The notes under the pieces are model-generated. The model was given only the letters and a program-made list of their open reading frames with translations, did no database searches and was not told the origin of the DNA. From Kudoa neothunni (lineage: Eukaryota; Animalia; Cnidaria), in the NCBI GenBank assembly GCA_964304625.1, contig OZ199840.1:903284-967283 (forward strand): a DNA stretch of 64,000 bases. Direction: 5' to 3'. Positions 13,720 to 28,429 of the stretch are shown one piece after another; position 1 is the stretch's first letter; every line of letters begins with the position of its first letter. The position numbers were made by a program, and so were the translations under genes.

Positions 13720-15689
13720 GGAATTGGCTATTTACATGGATCCATTTAATACCCCCTCGGGATTGGCTATATGCTTGGATGGGAATATCTCCTAGAATAT
13801 GTGAGATATTAAAAATTTGATATAACGTTTACAATAGACTATATTTTCCCTAAAAAATTTTATAAAATTTTTCGAATGATTTTAAATGGAGAATTAATTC
13901 ATTAAAACCATACTTTGATCGTCTTTCATGTACCAGAATTGAACTTTTCTTGGGTTAATAACAGTATTCAAAGGGTTATTTACGATATTCAGTACAATTA
14001 ATTCAAATTATTCACCCAATCGTATATTACGAACTCGATTAAGGCGTGTGTACGAGACAATTTTTCACATTTAATTCCGGTGGCTAAAAATATTAGAAAA
14101 AAATGAGGTTGCCAATATACCCCTTATTTTTTTTAATGAAACGATCTTTTTACCGGTTGGTTGTTAATATCTTTTGAATGTTTAATTCTATGCTCTTTGG
14201 TTTGAAAACAATCTTAACAATTTGTTAAAATACTAACTTTATTAAATTTCATTGAGTAACATATTTTTTAAACATAAAATAAATCAATATTTTATTTGCA
14301 AAAAATTTTATTCAATTCTTGATAATTTTTTCGGAAACCTAATAATAGACGCCCTTCTCATTTTCCTCCTAATAATTGTTATTTTGTATACTTCCTCCAT
14401 AATAATATTAGATCAGTAAAGTGCCAGGAGAGTATAAATTGATGGAAAGTTTCGTTGTTACTTAGAGTATCATATGACTGTAAATATGTGGTAACCATTA
14501 CACGTTTTCTTTCAATTCTGATGGATTTCAGGTAACAGAATAACGATATGAAGAATTCTTGCAGAGTTGAAAATTTTTCGACAACATTTTCGATCTCTCA
14601 TTTGTCGATTCCAATCTATTATTTGTGAAATTTTTAAAATAATTTTCAGCATTACTTAGTAAACGATCCATTCACTAACGATAGATTTCTACCTTTAATC
14701 CAAATAAATATCGAAATTGTAAATTCCATACCCATATAATTATTGACATATGCGAACAACTTGATCGTTGCTAATACATAAACTGTTACATCTAAATTAT
14801 TCATAATATATCTCCATTTTTCTGAATTTATTCCATATTTTCCTATTTAATTTTCGCGTTTGAATATTTGACAGAAATGAAACTTACATATCAAAAGGGA
14901 GTAGATTCAAACGTCATCTTAAGGCACTTTCTGAGGCATTGTTATTTATCTGTTCTTATCTGCTCTTATTGTTCATATTTTTGTTTTTAGCCAAGGGGAA
15001 ACATCGACTAATTATTTTAATAGCCATTTGATCGAATCTTCAGATTCATCATACGATACATGCACTTGTTATCAGTCATGCTAAACGAATCTTGTAATGT
15101 TGTTATGAATAAAGATGCGCTAGACATAAATATAGATGCATCTAGCATATTTAATTTAAATGAAACGTGAGTTAAATAGTACAGTTTTCAAAAAGGGTAT
15201 TCGCGGAGATTCACATTTTGAAATTCCCCGCATAGACTCAACGTAACCAAATAGTTTAGCTTATAAAATTATTTTGCATAATAAGGAAATCTATGAATTT
15301 TACGATACAACTTAGATCAAACGAGAATTAATGCTCAATGTAAGACAATTATTAAAATTGTGAGATAATGCGAGGCATGCAGCCAATGCTCAGTTTGCAC
15401 AACGTCTAACTTGACGATAATCAATTTTATTGCAGGCAATACAACTTAATTCGTTAATATATTGTGTAGAAGAAATTAATAATGTTACCAAATCAAGAAA
15501 AGTACGATTATGGTACATAAAATATGGTTAAAATATGGTTTTAATGGGAAAATTCTCCATTTAAAATTATTAAAAACAATTTATAAAATTCGATAGGAAA
15601 AAATATAGCAAATTGTAAATTTGAAATAAAATTTTTAATATCTCACATATTCTAGGAGATATTCCCCATCCATGCAAATAGCCATTTCC
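13720..15689 (-). mobile_element. Mutator-like element (ZSWIM3-type MULE) with long TIRs, degenerate
   Basis: Imperfect TIRs of ~200 bp beginning GGAA(T/A)TGGCTATTT.CATGGAT, with a shared block GGAATATCTCCTAGAATATGTGAGATATTAAAAA. Minus-strand remnants FTNNRLESTNE...STLQEFF...SIRIER, ADKN and ICKFH. No TSD found. Confidence 0.75.
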
Positions 15690-16451
15690 AATTTATTTTG
15701 ATTTAGTGTTATCTTGTCCATCTAGAGTAAATAGCGCTGAGCGCCCTAGAGGGTCTACATTCATAGTTGTTGGTATTTCTATTAAGAGAAAAAAAATAAA
15801 AATTAATTATATATGTAAAATAACGATTCTCAGCGAAAATAAAAAATTTCCCTTGCGTTATTAATAGCCAAATAAATAGCAGCATGATAAAAATAATATA
15901 TTGTTATATAGCGAAAAGATAGGTTATTTAATATGTAGAATATTAGACTCGCAAAAATAAAAATATAACATTTTAGGGGTTATGTGAAGAATGCATTATT
16001 CATCATCTTAGGATTTATAGCGTTGCTTGAATCATGCGCTCCCCAGTAAATTTACATTAGTAATTTTTGACATTTCACTCTGCGTTATGCATATTACTCA
16101 TAATTAGGACAAATATAATTACATTTATAACTTAAACATTGCTAATAAACGATCTAAAAATAATTTTAAACCATTAAATTCATTACCATAAAATAAGATA
16201 ATTTGTTGTCTTGGATTTTTTTAGAATAGTTTAACTTTTTAGCGAAAAAATCATTTGTAATGAAAATGTAGTTGAAATTTTTATAAACATATTAGTTTAG
16301 GAATAATTTCCTCCCGTTGCAATAACCACTGCCAAAAATATTATAAAATAGATAATATGTATTAGCTTGAATTTGAATATAATATGTTTTAATTAAATAA
16401 ATATCAAAGTAACGTGTTATATTTTTAATAATCCTCATCATCGAAATGAAT

Positions 16452-19427
16452 CTAATTTCTATTCTTCCAGTAACCAAAATAGAATCCTGCTCCAATAACA
16501 ACAAGAGCTATTGGAACTACAGTAGCAATAATTCTAAATATCAAAGTTAAACAAAACATATCTACTTATTATACATTGTATTGGTTTGATCTAAACAAAT
16601 TTAAAACTAATATTTACACATCGAAGTTACGTAGATTTGTTGGAGGTTTCACCTATTATTTAATTTAAAAATTGATATAAGTAATCTTATTTTACCTTTA
16701 TTAATTTTTTCACTTCCAAATACATTACTTTGGACACTATGGAATACTTCCAACTGATAATTACTTGTGTCTTCAACATCAGAAATGGAGAATCCCCTGC
16801 AAGGAGGAAACACATCACAACCTTCACCGACTATCATGCATTTCTTAACTATTTGGTTGGATGGGTCGTCCAAATTTATTAATTTCCATTTACACAAAGA
16901 ATTTTGGTCTACATCATTCGGTAAAGTCGTTTTCACATTTATAGTTGTATCTTCACGGGTAATAACAATTGTTATTTTCTTTGTGGGGTCCACACGTGGT
17001 GTAGCTGATGGATCTGAAATTAAATATAATTTTTAATTATAGTTTTATTAATATTTAATTAAATTTTTGAGGTTAATATATAATAAATTTTACTTTTGGG
17101 TATGTCTATTGTAGTTTCGGAAGATCTTCCAACAGCTGTCACTAAAACTCTGTACTCTTTGTCTGCTTCGTATCCTTCAGTAAATATGATACTACTACAG
17201 GAAGGTGGTCCTTCACAAGATGGGATTGTAAGTTTATTAGTTGGTATTACTTTTTTTGATGGTTGACCTCTAGATCTAGACACCATAGGTTGTGAGAGAG
17301 TTGATTTCATATCAGATTCGGCAGTATTTCCTGTCGATTGTGGTGCTGGGCATTCATACAACATATCATATGTTTCCCCATTCTTTACTTTTACTTTGTA
17401 GTGGCATACAGCTTCGGCATAAGGTGAAGATAATGTGCCTACTACTTTAAAACCTTTTTCCAAAAATTGATTTTTTAGTGTGAGAGTTGACATTTCTTAA
17501 CAATCATAATTTAAAGTTAAATATTCGATGAAGTTTTATACCTGTCTTTATTTGATAAACTTTAGAACCGTAATCCTTGTGTGCTACAACCTTGAGATCG
17601 TAATCTGTTCCAGGAGTCAATCCCACAATATTTTGAGTGTCTCTACAGAATCCTCTGCATGGATAACTATCCACACACATTGCACACACGTATACATTCT
17701 TTCCGCGGGGGCTGAGGTAGTAAGCACATGTTATATCTGATATGCCAACCGCCGTGTTAACTTCGAGAGCTTTAATGGAAAGATGGGTATCCTTTATAGT
17801 TGTCTTTGCATCGGAGAATACATTTCCGGCGGTTGCATCTATATATTATGTTATATATAGACATTATTCTATTTTCAATAAACTCGTTCTGAAGAATATA
17901 TGTTCTTTAAAATTTTCTGGAACAACATGGCTACCAGCTGCTGAAGCTGATTTAATTACGAGAATATAAGGTTTCCCACCGGAAAGTTTAGATACAGCTA
18001 ACGCCGAAATACAGCCCGTGTCACAGTTGTTTGTGCCTTCTCCACAATTAGCCCCTGTACCTTCCCCACCAACCAAAGAAGGTTTATCGGCAGCATAATA
18101 ACTTACAGTACACGAAGAAAATTGTGGGGTAGTAGATGGTTTGAATAAGCGTGTATCTAGTGTAACACCGGAGGATGTGTACGCTGATAGTAATTCATCA
18201 TAAGTACCATCATTCTTTTTATCGTTAATAACTAAATACATATTATTTGATATATAAATATAAATTTTTTAAAAAACCGAATTTCTTTTGTATATATCCG
18301 AAATATGTAGCTTCACTTTTTTTATTTGAAAATGTCTGGTTTGTACCAATATTTCGACAACTGCTTTTGATGCTTCGAAATTAAGTTCCACATTATCACA
18401 TGGTGCGTAGCATTCTTTATCTGTGCCCCCACCACAATTTTGATGTGTAATCTTTTGTATCTCCAGATTGAATTTGAGTGGATACGTCCTTTATACCAAA
18501 TCGACAGATTTCAAACGGAAATTTATTAGTGAACTTAAGTAAATATTTCTTTTTCCCGTCATGATTATACTTCACATAATATTGTGGTATGTAAACGTCA
18601 GTGTTCATCAAGGTATAATTATTTTGAAGTTTATAAAAGAATGATGGATAACCCATGCATTTCATTTCATAATGCGGAATCAACAAATCAAATTCTACTT
18701 CACTATCATTTGCTGCGACACAACTAGTTCCGGCGGTTCCTGCAACGTATTTTACATCCTTATAGAAAATTGGGCAGTCAACATTTTTACAAGTTTTTGT
18801 GCTCAATTTCAATTTACGTTGACTCGTTATCGTCACTTGTGGGTTTACTAGCAAACCTATAAAAATATATATAAATGTGATATTCACATTATTTACGTAT
18901 GTCTAGCCCAAAAATTTTTGGGTTTGTAGTTTTTTGAGAAGCAGCTTCAGCCCCTTGGGTTGCAAAAATTTCAATATATTTTGTCCTTGGGGAGAATTTA
19001 TCATATGTGAGTTTATTATCAATTTTTTGTGCAGGTAATGACACATTTGTTGCCGCCATATGTACTGTCAGTTCCAGGGCACTCATTAATTTCTTGATAA
19101 GTATTTCCAGCGTCATTGGATTTTTTAATATAGCAATGATTCGAAGCAGTAAAACTACCACCACCCAATATTAAATGAACTTTCATATGGCCGCCATCCT
19201 TCACAATCTTATATGTAAGGGATTCTGGTTCACCTGGCTGAGCTTGACCTTGGTTTTGTGGTTGTGGTTGTTGTTGTTGCTGCTGCTGCTGTTGCAGTTG
19301 AATTGTAGTATGTGCTGCATCTTGGAGATTAATTTTCGCTACATCAGATCGGGTTATTTGTTCATTAATAAAAATAGTTACCAATATCTGAAAAAATAAT
19401 TCCTAATAAATAGAGAAATCCTTTCAT
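16452..19427 (-). CDS. Array copy 2: Cys-rich FN3-like type I membrane protein with poly-Q linker; apparent +1 homopolymer frameshifts
   Basis: Same 10-exon layout. MKGFLYLLGIIFSDI|AKINLQDAAHTTIQLQQQQQQQQQPQP; TM/tail exon encodes the same peptide. Frameshifts near 19025, 18437 and in the 15-nt microexon. Confidence 0.8.
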
Positions 19428-19937
19428 TTTGATTTAAATTATCAAAAACGGATATTAACGTTTGATTCATAAAGAACAATACAATGAATGCATAGAAATT
19501 TAATAATACTCTCGTATCTATTATTAATATAATTTTACCAAATTGTTTATCCTAAGATTATATTTCCTATTTATGTTAACTAAATATAGTTATCAAAAAT
19601 TATTAACAAAAATAAAAGGATTTATCTATGTTAGTATAAAAGTCGCGTCAAATATAATATTCATTTTAAAAAATGACGAACGAATTAATTTTGAATCAAT
19701 CAAATATTTATTTAAATTATTGCAATATTATTTTATTGTTTTCCCTTATAATCATTCAAATTATAAAGTTCGCTTAAATTAATACTCCCAATAAATTCGT
19801 TTCATCCATTTTTATACTCATTTTAAATAAAATTATTGATTTTTCTTAAATATGTTTTTTTCTTTTCATATTTAATCATCGAATTCAATTATTTGTTGTA
19901 ATTTATGTTTTTTTATTCTTTTTGTTCATCATAAATA

Positions 19938-20993
19938 CAGTAGGGAACCGATTTTTCCGTAATCCCCTTGGGACCACGGAAAAGTTACTGATAATATGTC
20001 AGTGACGTATTCAGTGTGCGCGCGCAGCTAAATAAAAAAATTTACTTTTTTAAAAGAAATTAATCCCATTTATACGATCGTCTACCGATACTGAAACAAT
20101 ATATTAATTTATGTTATTTTAAATTTTATTTTTAAATGTGCATATCAATTTTATGATGTTAACTCATTATTTCATCAAGATAAGTAATCTTCTCTGTCGT
20201 CTATTTCTCCCGCATGTTTAAATATTTAAATGAATCTTTTGATGATATAAATTCTACCACTTGTTCATCTTCAGTTTCAAAATTAGCAGATTCAACAATT
20301 AAAGGAGTTAGCTCGTCAAAGTGTTTTGATGTAAGCACAATGACTTTCTCTTGAATAATCTCGGTATTTCCAGCTGAGAACACTTTATTGAAAAAATTAA
20401 TATTTGATGAACGTTCGAATTTATCAGCTGTAGGAACCTCACATTTTCTAAAATAATTAAACACAACTTCCTTCGAAACACCGTCCAGGATTTTTTAATT
20501 AGGAACAATGTTTAAAGCGAATCATTGGAGGATGTATTTATATTACTGCTAACTGTAGCAATATGGCTTTTTATTAAATTATCTTTCTAATTTTATTTTA
20601 ATGAGAAAATGATTCCATGATCTTATGGTTGCAAAACGCTAGTTGATTTTTTTGTAAGGAATATATGAGAGATATTGGATAAATGAATTTATGCGTGACA
20701 AGTGGCATTATTAAGAAGTAGAAAAACTTTCTTGTACTTCATTTTGAATACATTGTCAACGTTAGAAAGATATTTATTAAATGTTTCCCTAATCATCCAT
20801 TCTTGTCTGTTTTGATTTGTATTTTACTAGAAATGTTTTAAAATTTTTTAAAACAACGTGTTTTTATGATTTCTAATCGCAAGAGATTCATTGCAACCTC
20901 TAGGCATAGATGCAAACCGCAAGGCAGTAACCATTTTTAGATTTTTATCTCTTGACAAAACAGCATTTAAAATAATGGACCATTTTGTTTCTA
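19938..20993 (-). mobile_element. Older Tigger/pogo element, truncated by a younger copy of the same family
   Basis: TA|CAGTAGGGAACCGATTTTTCCGTAATCCCC at 19938. 20082-20993 is homologous to 1-913. Confidence 0.8.
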
Positions 20994-22870
20994 CAGTAGG
21001 TAACCGATTTTCCGTAATCCCCTTGGGACCGATGAAAAGTTACTGAAAACACGTCAGTGACGTATTTTCCGTAATTTTGTGCGTGTGCGTGGAATAAAAA
21101 TTATAAGTATTTTAAGAAACTTTATATCATACCGTACATACTCACGTATTTTTATTGAAGAGATATGTTATTTTATTTGGAGTTTTATTTTTATATATGT
21201 ACTCTTCGTAATTTTGTGATCTATATTAATTAATTCCTCTAGACAATCAATTCAATTCCTCTCTCTTTTGTGTATTTTTTTAGCGTGTTTAAACATTTAA
21301 ATATATCTTTTGATGATATATATTCCACCACATCCTCATCTTCAGTTTCAGTATCACTACCATTTGAATTAGAAGATTCAACAATCGAAGGAGAAGGTTC
21401 GTCAAAGCTTTTTGATGTAGGCATGATGGTTTCCTCTTGGATCATTTCAGAAATTTCAGCTGAATGCTCACACTCATCAGCCACAGGAAACCCAGATTTT
21501 TTGAAGCAATTAAATACGGTATCCTTTGTAACATTATTCCACGATTTTTCAATTAAAAACATGGATTGAAGTAAATCTGGCGGAGATGGATTTATACCTC
21601 TGCGAGCTGCAACAATATGGCTTTCTATCAAATTATTTTTGTAGTTTGATTTAAATGAAAAAATTATGCCCTGGTCTAAAGGTTGCAAAACGCTAGTTGA
21701 ATTCTTTGGGAGGAATATAAGTGAGATATTCGACAGTTGAATTTCCGGGTAGCAAGTTTGCATTATCGAGAAAAAGCAAAACTTTTTTGTTCTTCGTTTT
21801 AAACGAATTACTCAAATTAACAAGATATTTCTTAAATATCTCTCCCGTCATCCAAGCCCTCTTATTTGACTCATATTTTACTGGAAATGTTTTAACATTC
21901 TTAAAACAACGGGGGTTTTTGTAGTGTCCTATAACAAGAAGTTCAATGCGATCTCCAGGCATAAAAGCACAAAGCAAAACGGTGATTCTTTTTTTTAGAC
22001 TTTTTTTATCGGTTGGAATTTGTCTCTAGTGACGAAACATAGCTTTTTCCTTAAAAATATTAATACATAGGCATTTAAAGTGATATACCTCTCTGTTGCT
22101 GGTAAAACAGCGCAGTTTCGTCTAGATTGTAGATTGAGTCAACGTCATAACCTTTGACTAAGTTATTCAATTTTCTATAACACTTGATTCAACATAAGCA
22201 GCATCGCCATGGAAAGTAATATTTCTTAAATTAAATCGTGATTTAAAACCACGAAACCAACCATGGGTCACCGCAACGTTTATGTTAAATTCTTGTGCCA
22301 ATTGGTTCCTTTTATGTATGATATCGTGAGCAGATAATTCAAGTTTTTTGATCTCAAGGAATTCACCCAGTCATACACTAAATTATCGATATCGTTGTTT
22401 GAACCTTGCTTAAGATTTTTTCTCTTAGAAGAGGCTAAACCCGTTTCATACGATAAAACTATATCTTCCTTCTTGCTCAAGATGCTGTCAAGAGTAGAAA
22501 TGGAGGGAAGCTTAAATTTACTAACAGTAGTAGTTTTGGCACCTCTGTTAGGTAAACTTTCGAAGAACTTAATAATTTCATATTTTTCTTTGATAGTTTT
22601 TCTATTTTTAAGTTTACCAGGCATTATAGAAGTAAAAAACACGCGATGGGAAATTCGCTTATAGTCGAAAAGTTACGGAAAATCGGTTAAGTGCAAAAAA
22701 TAGGCAAAAAAACGGTTTTCCAATGTTCAATTTTTTTTATTTTTACAGATTATTCTTAAAAAATACAAATAAAATCAAATATATGGTTGAAAATATTTAA
22801 ATAATATTTTAAATGAAGAAATTCCGAAGTTACCGAAAATCGGTTACTATGGAGAACCGGTTACCTACTG
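20994..22870 (-). mobile_element. Tigger/pogo DNA transposon, near full length; transposase (ATG 22624 to ~21239) is frameshifted
   Basis: TA flanks. Perfect 13-bp TIR CAGTAGGTAACCG plus subterminal repeats. HTH region TIKEKYEII...ISTLDSIL; DDE_1 motifs IGHYKNPRCFKN, SNKRAWMTGEIF, VLLFLDNA and FLPKNSTSVLQPLDQGII. Confidence 0.93.
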
Positions 22871-23790
22871 TAATAAAAATACTTTTAGAATTTAAAAAAA
22901 TAGACCTTGATGTCGTACGATTTTTTTAGTTTAAAATTTTATTTTACAAAATTTTTTATTAGAAATTAAGAAATTATTCAATTTTTATTATTAAAATTCA
23001 GGAGCCTAATTTTTAAAAATGATTATATTAATTGTGTTTACATTGAATTATGTGTAAAACATTGAAAAAAAATTTAAACTATATTAATATTATTTTATAA
23101 ATATTTTTATATGCAAAAATTTTCTAACAAACAAATCAGCAAAATATTCAACTAATTGTGAATATTTCAGAATGTAAACATGATATGTTAATTAAGGTTA
23201 TTACATTGATCGGTACATATATAATTAATTAAAACCGATAATTTGTAGAAATAAAAATATTTTCGTTTTTATGTTTTTTTACAACTACGTTTTTAAGTTT
23301 TTCGAATTCTATACTAAACACACTTGTAAGAATTCCTCCAAAAAAGTAATAATTACCCATAATCTGCTTGAAATTATTTCCTTATTGAAATAAAATATTG
23401 ATCAAAAAATGATGTTAATTAATTATTAAAAAACTAATTAACTCAAAGAAAATTCTCAAAATATATTTGAGAGCATGCGGTTTTCTTCTCGTTTTTAAAC
23501 TATTAGTGTTTAAAACCTATAAAACCTTATTTAATTAAATTTAATATTGGAAAATTTGTGTTTTTATGGTAATAAATATAAAATAAAACCAATTAATGAA
23601 TGATTATCAAAACAAACTAGAGAACAATTCAATGTTTATTGGAAAAACATGGAGATTACACGTGTGTCCAACTGCTTTCGGATGAAAAATTCACAAAATT
23701 TTAAAGTCACTATCTTGAGTTGAATTTTTTTCTCTCCATATTCTTTTATTTTATTATCATGAATCGTGAAAAAAAAAAATCGAAAAAACA

Positions 23791-23956
23791 TGTATTTGCG
23801 CGAGGAAACAATCAATTTTAAAGAATACACAGCTAAGTTATTATAGTAAACGAAGCTAAGGTGATCACCCTGATTGTTATTGTCTAGGGGATTTCCGCCC
23901 AGTAATGTAGTGAGCTAGCGCGGAGCCCAGCCTCGGTTGATTGGGGGATTACTACA
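23791..23956. mobile_element. 166-bp insertion, solo-LTR-like
   Basis: Absent from the homologous site in copy A (~2565). TGTA...TACA ends. ACATGT is directly repeated at the junctions (23788-23793, 23956-23961), so the exact TSD is ambiguous. Confidence 0.55.
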
Positions 23957-24813
23957 CATGTGCAATAGGACTTTTGTTAGGTGCCGCATATTTTACCATT
24001 ACCCTACATTTTATTGACAGGCCAAATGAATATTACAAACCCAATATGTTTTCTGTATTATTCAATGGTAAAATGCGTAAAGATTTATAAAAATGTAATA
24101 ATAATTCTAAAGAGTCAATTTAAAGATATCTTGATACGTATATTTTGAAATGACACATTATTCTTCATTATATACTGGTTTTAAAAAACGAAATTCTATT
24201 GGTATCGATTTTAAGTATCGGTACCTTGTGGCGACTACCGAATATCGCTCCAAAGTTGCTATCAGGGCAACCCTATTTATAATGTTATAGAAGATAATAA
24301 AATTTATTATTTTTTTATAATTATTGAATAAAAACCTAAATTGACGAAAATGTTTGACAACGCGAAGATATAACTCGAAACCACCATATTATTATTTTGC
24401 TTAAGTTTTATCGCATTATTAAATTTTTTAATAAAAATGATTAAAATGTAGAATAGTGGCCTTAATCCAAATCAGCGACACCGGACAAAAACGAACCTGT
24501 TGAATATTTTATTATTGAGTATTTATCAGTGCCGAATCTTCAGCAGGGTAACTTTGGCAACATCTATTTGTCATCACAATAATAGTTGATGTAATCTATT
24601 ATATGCTGAACTCCTAGCTCCTTGCGATTATTTTAACAGACTGTATCGCCAATTAAGCCGGTTCGAATAAAGCATTATGTATTTTAATATTTAAGTCGGA
24701 AAACTCTGATTTTGATGAATTATTACAATATAACCGTAGTTATTGTCTACTGTATCAATTACTTATCTATAAGAATAAAAATTTCATATTTTATATAAAC
24801 ATTAGCTAATTAA

Positions 24814-27639
24814 CCCCCGAATACCTGGAGTGGACCGCGTTGGTCCACGAGATATAAAATTTTTAATATCTTTATACATACATTTTTATAAACTTTTTAT
24901 GCTGAAAGTATGCTTTATTATATTTTAAAATAATTGACCTGTAAGTTATGAACATTTTTGTAAAAATAAGTAAACAAAAAAAGTTACGTAAATACCGGAG
25001 ATGGACCATTTCGATCCACGTGTAATTGTTAACGAAATTAATATTTTGTATTATAATTACATCATTCTAAATTTAATATTATATTTCATAAGCAATATAA
25101 AATATTCTAAAACAATTTATGGTTAATCATTTGTTTGATCAAAAATTTTAATTGAATTTAGTTTATGACCAGCTCGCACGCTCAATAAGGAATTTGCTTA
25201 AAAAATGAATTCTGACAAAGAACATATTTTTTTGAAAGCGGGTAAGAAAGTGCTGACGATACAATATACGTTAAAAGGGGCTCGATGGATTTGGATGAAA
25301 TAATTAACGATCCAGTCAACAATGACAACGATGATGATGCATACGATAGCGATGCGGACATTGAAGATATGACCCATATCCCATTTGTTTTCTCCAAAGA
25401 TGGAGACAAATGGCACAAGACCCCGAATAAAGTTGAATGGAGATCTACTACAGAAAATATTTATAATGTAAAAGCGGCATTTACAAAAAAAGCTTTCTAG
25501 AATGGCCAAACTCCCATGAAAGCCTTTAATAATTTTATGACCTATAAAATGCTGGAAGAGATCCAATATTGTACCAACAAATTTATTGAACAATAAAAAA
25601 CCAATGTCAACAAGATAAATATGACTGAGTTAAAATTTTTTTTGGAGCTTTCCTATTAATTGGCGTAATGAAAGGTAAAAATGAAAACATCCGAGAATTT
25701 TTGACTGTAAAATAAGACTTTCAATTACTGATTGCAAAAATCGCAAGAGAATGCCTTGAAGATTTTTTAGCTTGTCTCAGATTCGACAAAGGAAGTACCA
25801 GGGATAGAGAGGATAAACTTTCCCCATCAGATATATAAATACGATGAGTTTATAAAGACGTGTAAAGAAAGTTACAACTCATCTCCCCAATTAACTGTGG
25901 ATGAACAGCTTGTCACATTTAGAGGTCGTTTCCCATTCAAAATGTTCATTCCTTCTAAGCCTGGCAAGTATGGGATAAAAATTTGGACATTGTGTGATGC
26001 AACAATCACACATCTATTCAATCCAAAGATATACATTAGCAGGGAGAACGGCGTTCTTGAAACCAGCCAAGATGAAAATGTGGTAAACGATTTAATTACA
26101 CCTTGTTTAAAAAAAATTCGTAACGTTACCATAAACAATTTTTTCCACATCGTCACTTTAGAAATATTCAATATCTCAGAAAACAACAATTGTGGAAACC
26201 TCCGTAAAAATAAAAGATTTCTCATCCCTAAATTTCAGCCATCAAAGGGAATAACAAACGATGTGAAATTTTTATTTCAGAATAAATTTACTGTTGGGGC
26301 TGACAGTTAGTCTTCGGCGTCAAAAATATAATGACACACATTATCTTGGTCGGTACCTATGTGTATTAATATACAGTTGGCGCTAACTATATAAACACCC
26401 TTATATTAGCCTCTATATTATTATTGTTATATTTGACCGATGATTCCTTGCCCTAACATTTACCTTGGTAAAATACAATCTCAAGAATAATAAATCCGTG
26501 GTATTTTTTAGTTCCACACATCGAGGTTGAAATATTGATTCGGGTTCAAAATAACCAGAGGTCATGAATTATTACAACCAAACTAAAGGAGGGTGGATAT
26601 GCTTGACCAAATTGTCCGCTGTTATTCCACAAAAAGAGCCACTCGTTGTTGGCTGATAGCAATTTTCTTTAACATAATCGATATAGCCGCCTATAATGCC
26701 TATCTTTTGTATTTTTATCGAAATATGAAATTCAAGAATAATCATAAGAAACAAACCCAATGAAAGTTTTTAAAAATGTTAGCGGCAGAGTTGCTGGGAA
26801 ACGATGATAAAAATTTTAAAACCAACCCAATAAAAAGGAACCTCCGTTTGGAAGAGGTGAATGCTATATTTGCCCAACTAACATGAAAAAAAGCAGGAGA
26901 ATTTGTTCAAGTTGAAACAAATTAACCTGCAAAAATCACAGAATTGAAAACATAGAATGCGATGTATGTGACAACAAATAAAATATATTGAATTATTTAT
27001 CTACTTTATTTCATCATATTTTTATCCGAAATTAAGTTTTTTTTATTAAATTTGATTATATCCGCAAAATATATCATATTTGTGTATTTTACCTATTTAG
27101 ATTATAGACAAAACAAGTAGAATCAATGTCATTATAATGAGATTGTATAGATAGTTTAAACATGTGTACCAGTTTCATATTGTAAAATATTAAATTATTT
27201 TTTATTTTTCAAGCTTAATTATCGCTTTTACTCATAAACAAAAAAAATTGTTTATTATAATTGTTTTGTGCCAATAAATCATAAAACACCATCTAAATTA
27301 AACCGCTAATTACAATCATAAAATAACAATTTTGAAAATGATACGATTATTCTAAATATAGAAATTCTATGAACTAACTTTATTTTGTTTCAATATTACG
27401 ATATCGATTTTATATAGGTTGATATTTGCAAATTATTTTTGTATGCGCGCACCTAAAAAATTTTATTTTAATGTTTTAATTCAAATGTTTTTTTTTAACT
27501 TAAACCAAGCTATTTAATTTTCTTATTTATCTTTATAGTTAAATAGTTTAAATTATAATTATGCTATGATTAAATTTCATAGGACCATAGCGGTCCTCTT
27601 CAGGCATTCGTGTAACTTTTTTTTTGCAGGTTTTCGAGG
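24814..27639 (+). mobile_element. piggyBac DNA transposon (duplicate of 3426-6055), inactivated
   Basis: TTAA flanks, same TIR and catalytic motifs, and the same premature stop after FTKKAF. Carries a nested solo LTR. Confidence 0.92.
26292..26458. mobile_element. Solo LTR (167 bp) nested in the piggyBac transposase
   Basis: TGTTGGGGC...GCCCTAACA ends (TG..CA, short inverted repeat). 5-bp TSD TTTAC. Empty site present in copy A (~4892). Confidence 0.8.
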
Positions 27640-28429
27640 TTAAACTGTAGCAAATGCATAACGTTAATATCAAAAATAATTTTTGTGGATGGAATTACGG
27701 CATTATCACCATTAAATGTTCAAACAAATATCACGATAATTTGATTTAAAAAATTTATGCTTAATCTCCTAACAAATTATAATCTTTTTTTGGAAAATGC
27801 GGCCATTATTCTGCATTTTAACCATGAAAGTACTATTAATCCTCGTACCCATGGTGGGGATAATCTTGACACTCACAAGTTTTGATCGGTGTTTTATTGT
27901 AAACACATCCATGAAACAAAAAAAAGGTTTGCTTCTACTTTTGATTTATTTTTAAGTCTCATTTATTATAATAAATATAAAAATTTGTTATATATTTTCT
28001 TTATAGGTATTTTAAACTTCGTAACATTAAATACATGCTACCATTTTAGATGCCATTTTGAACCCCGTTTTTATCTTAAAAACTCCGGACAATACTTCAG
28101 CAATTTACATCGTGTCGTAAAAAATAAGCAATTATTATAACAGAATAATTACGAATGTTAAAATATACATAATAAACATAAAAAATATAAAAACCTTTCT
28201 TATTCAAACATTTGACAAAGATTGTGAATAAATGAATGCATGTTTATTCTAGAAATAAAAAAATTTCCAAATAATTATTTTAAATAACGTATAATATATA
28301 TGGGATTATGAAATATTTAAATCCCCTATTAAAGCCTGACTATCATAACATCGATATTGAGATTGATTTTAGTAATAATACAATTTAAACAGTTTTATCA
28401 TAAGAAGTGTCAACATTTAGTACGCATTC

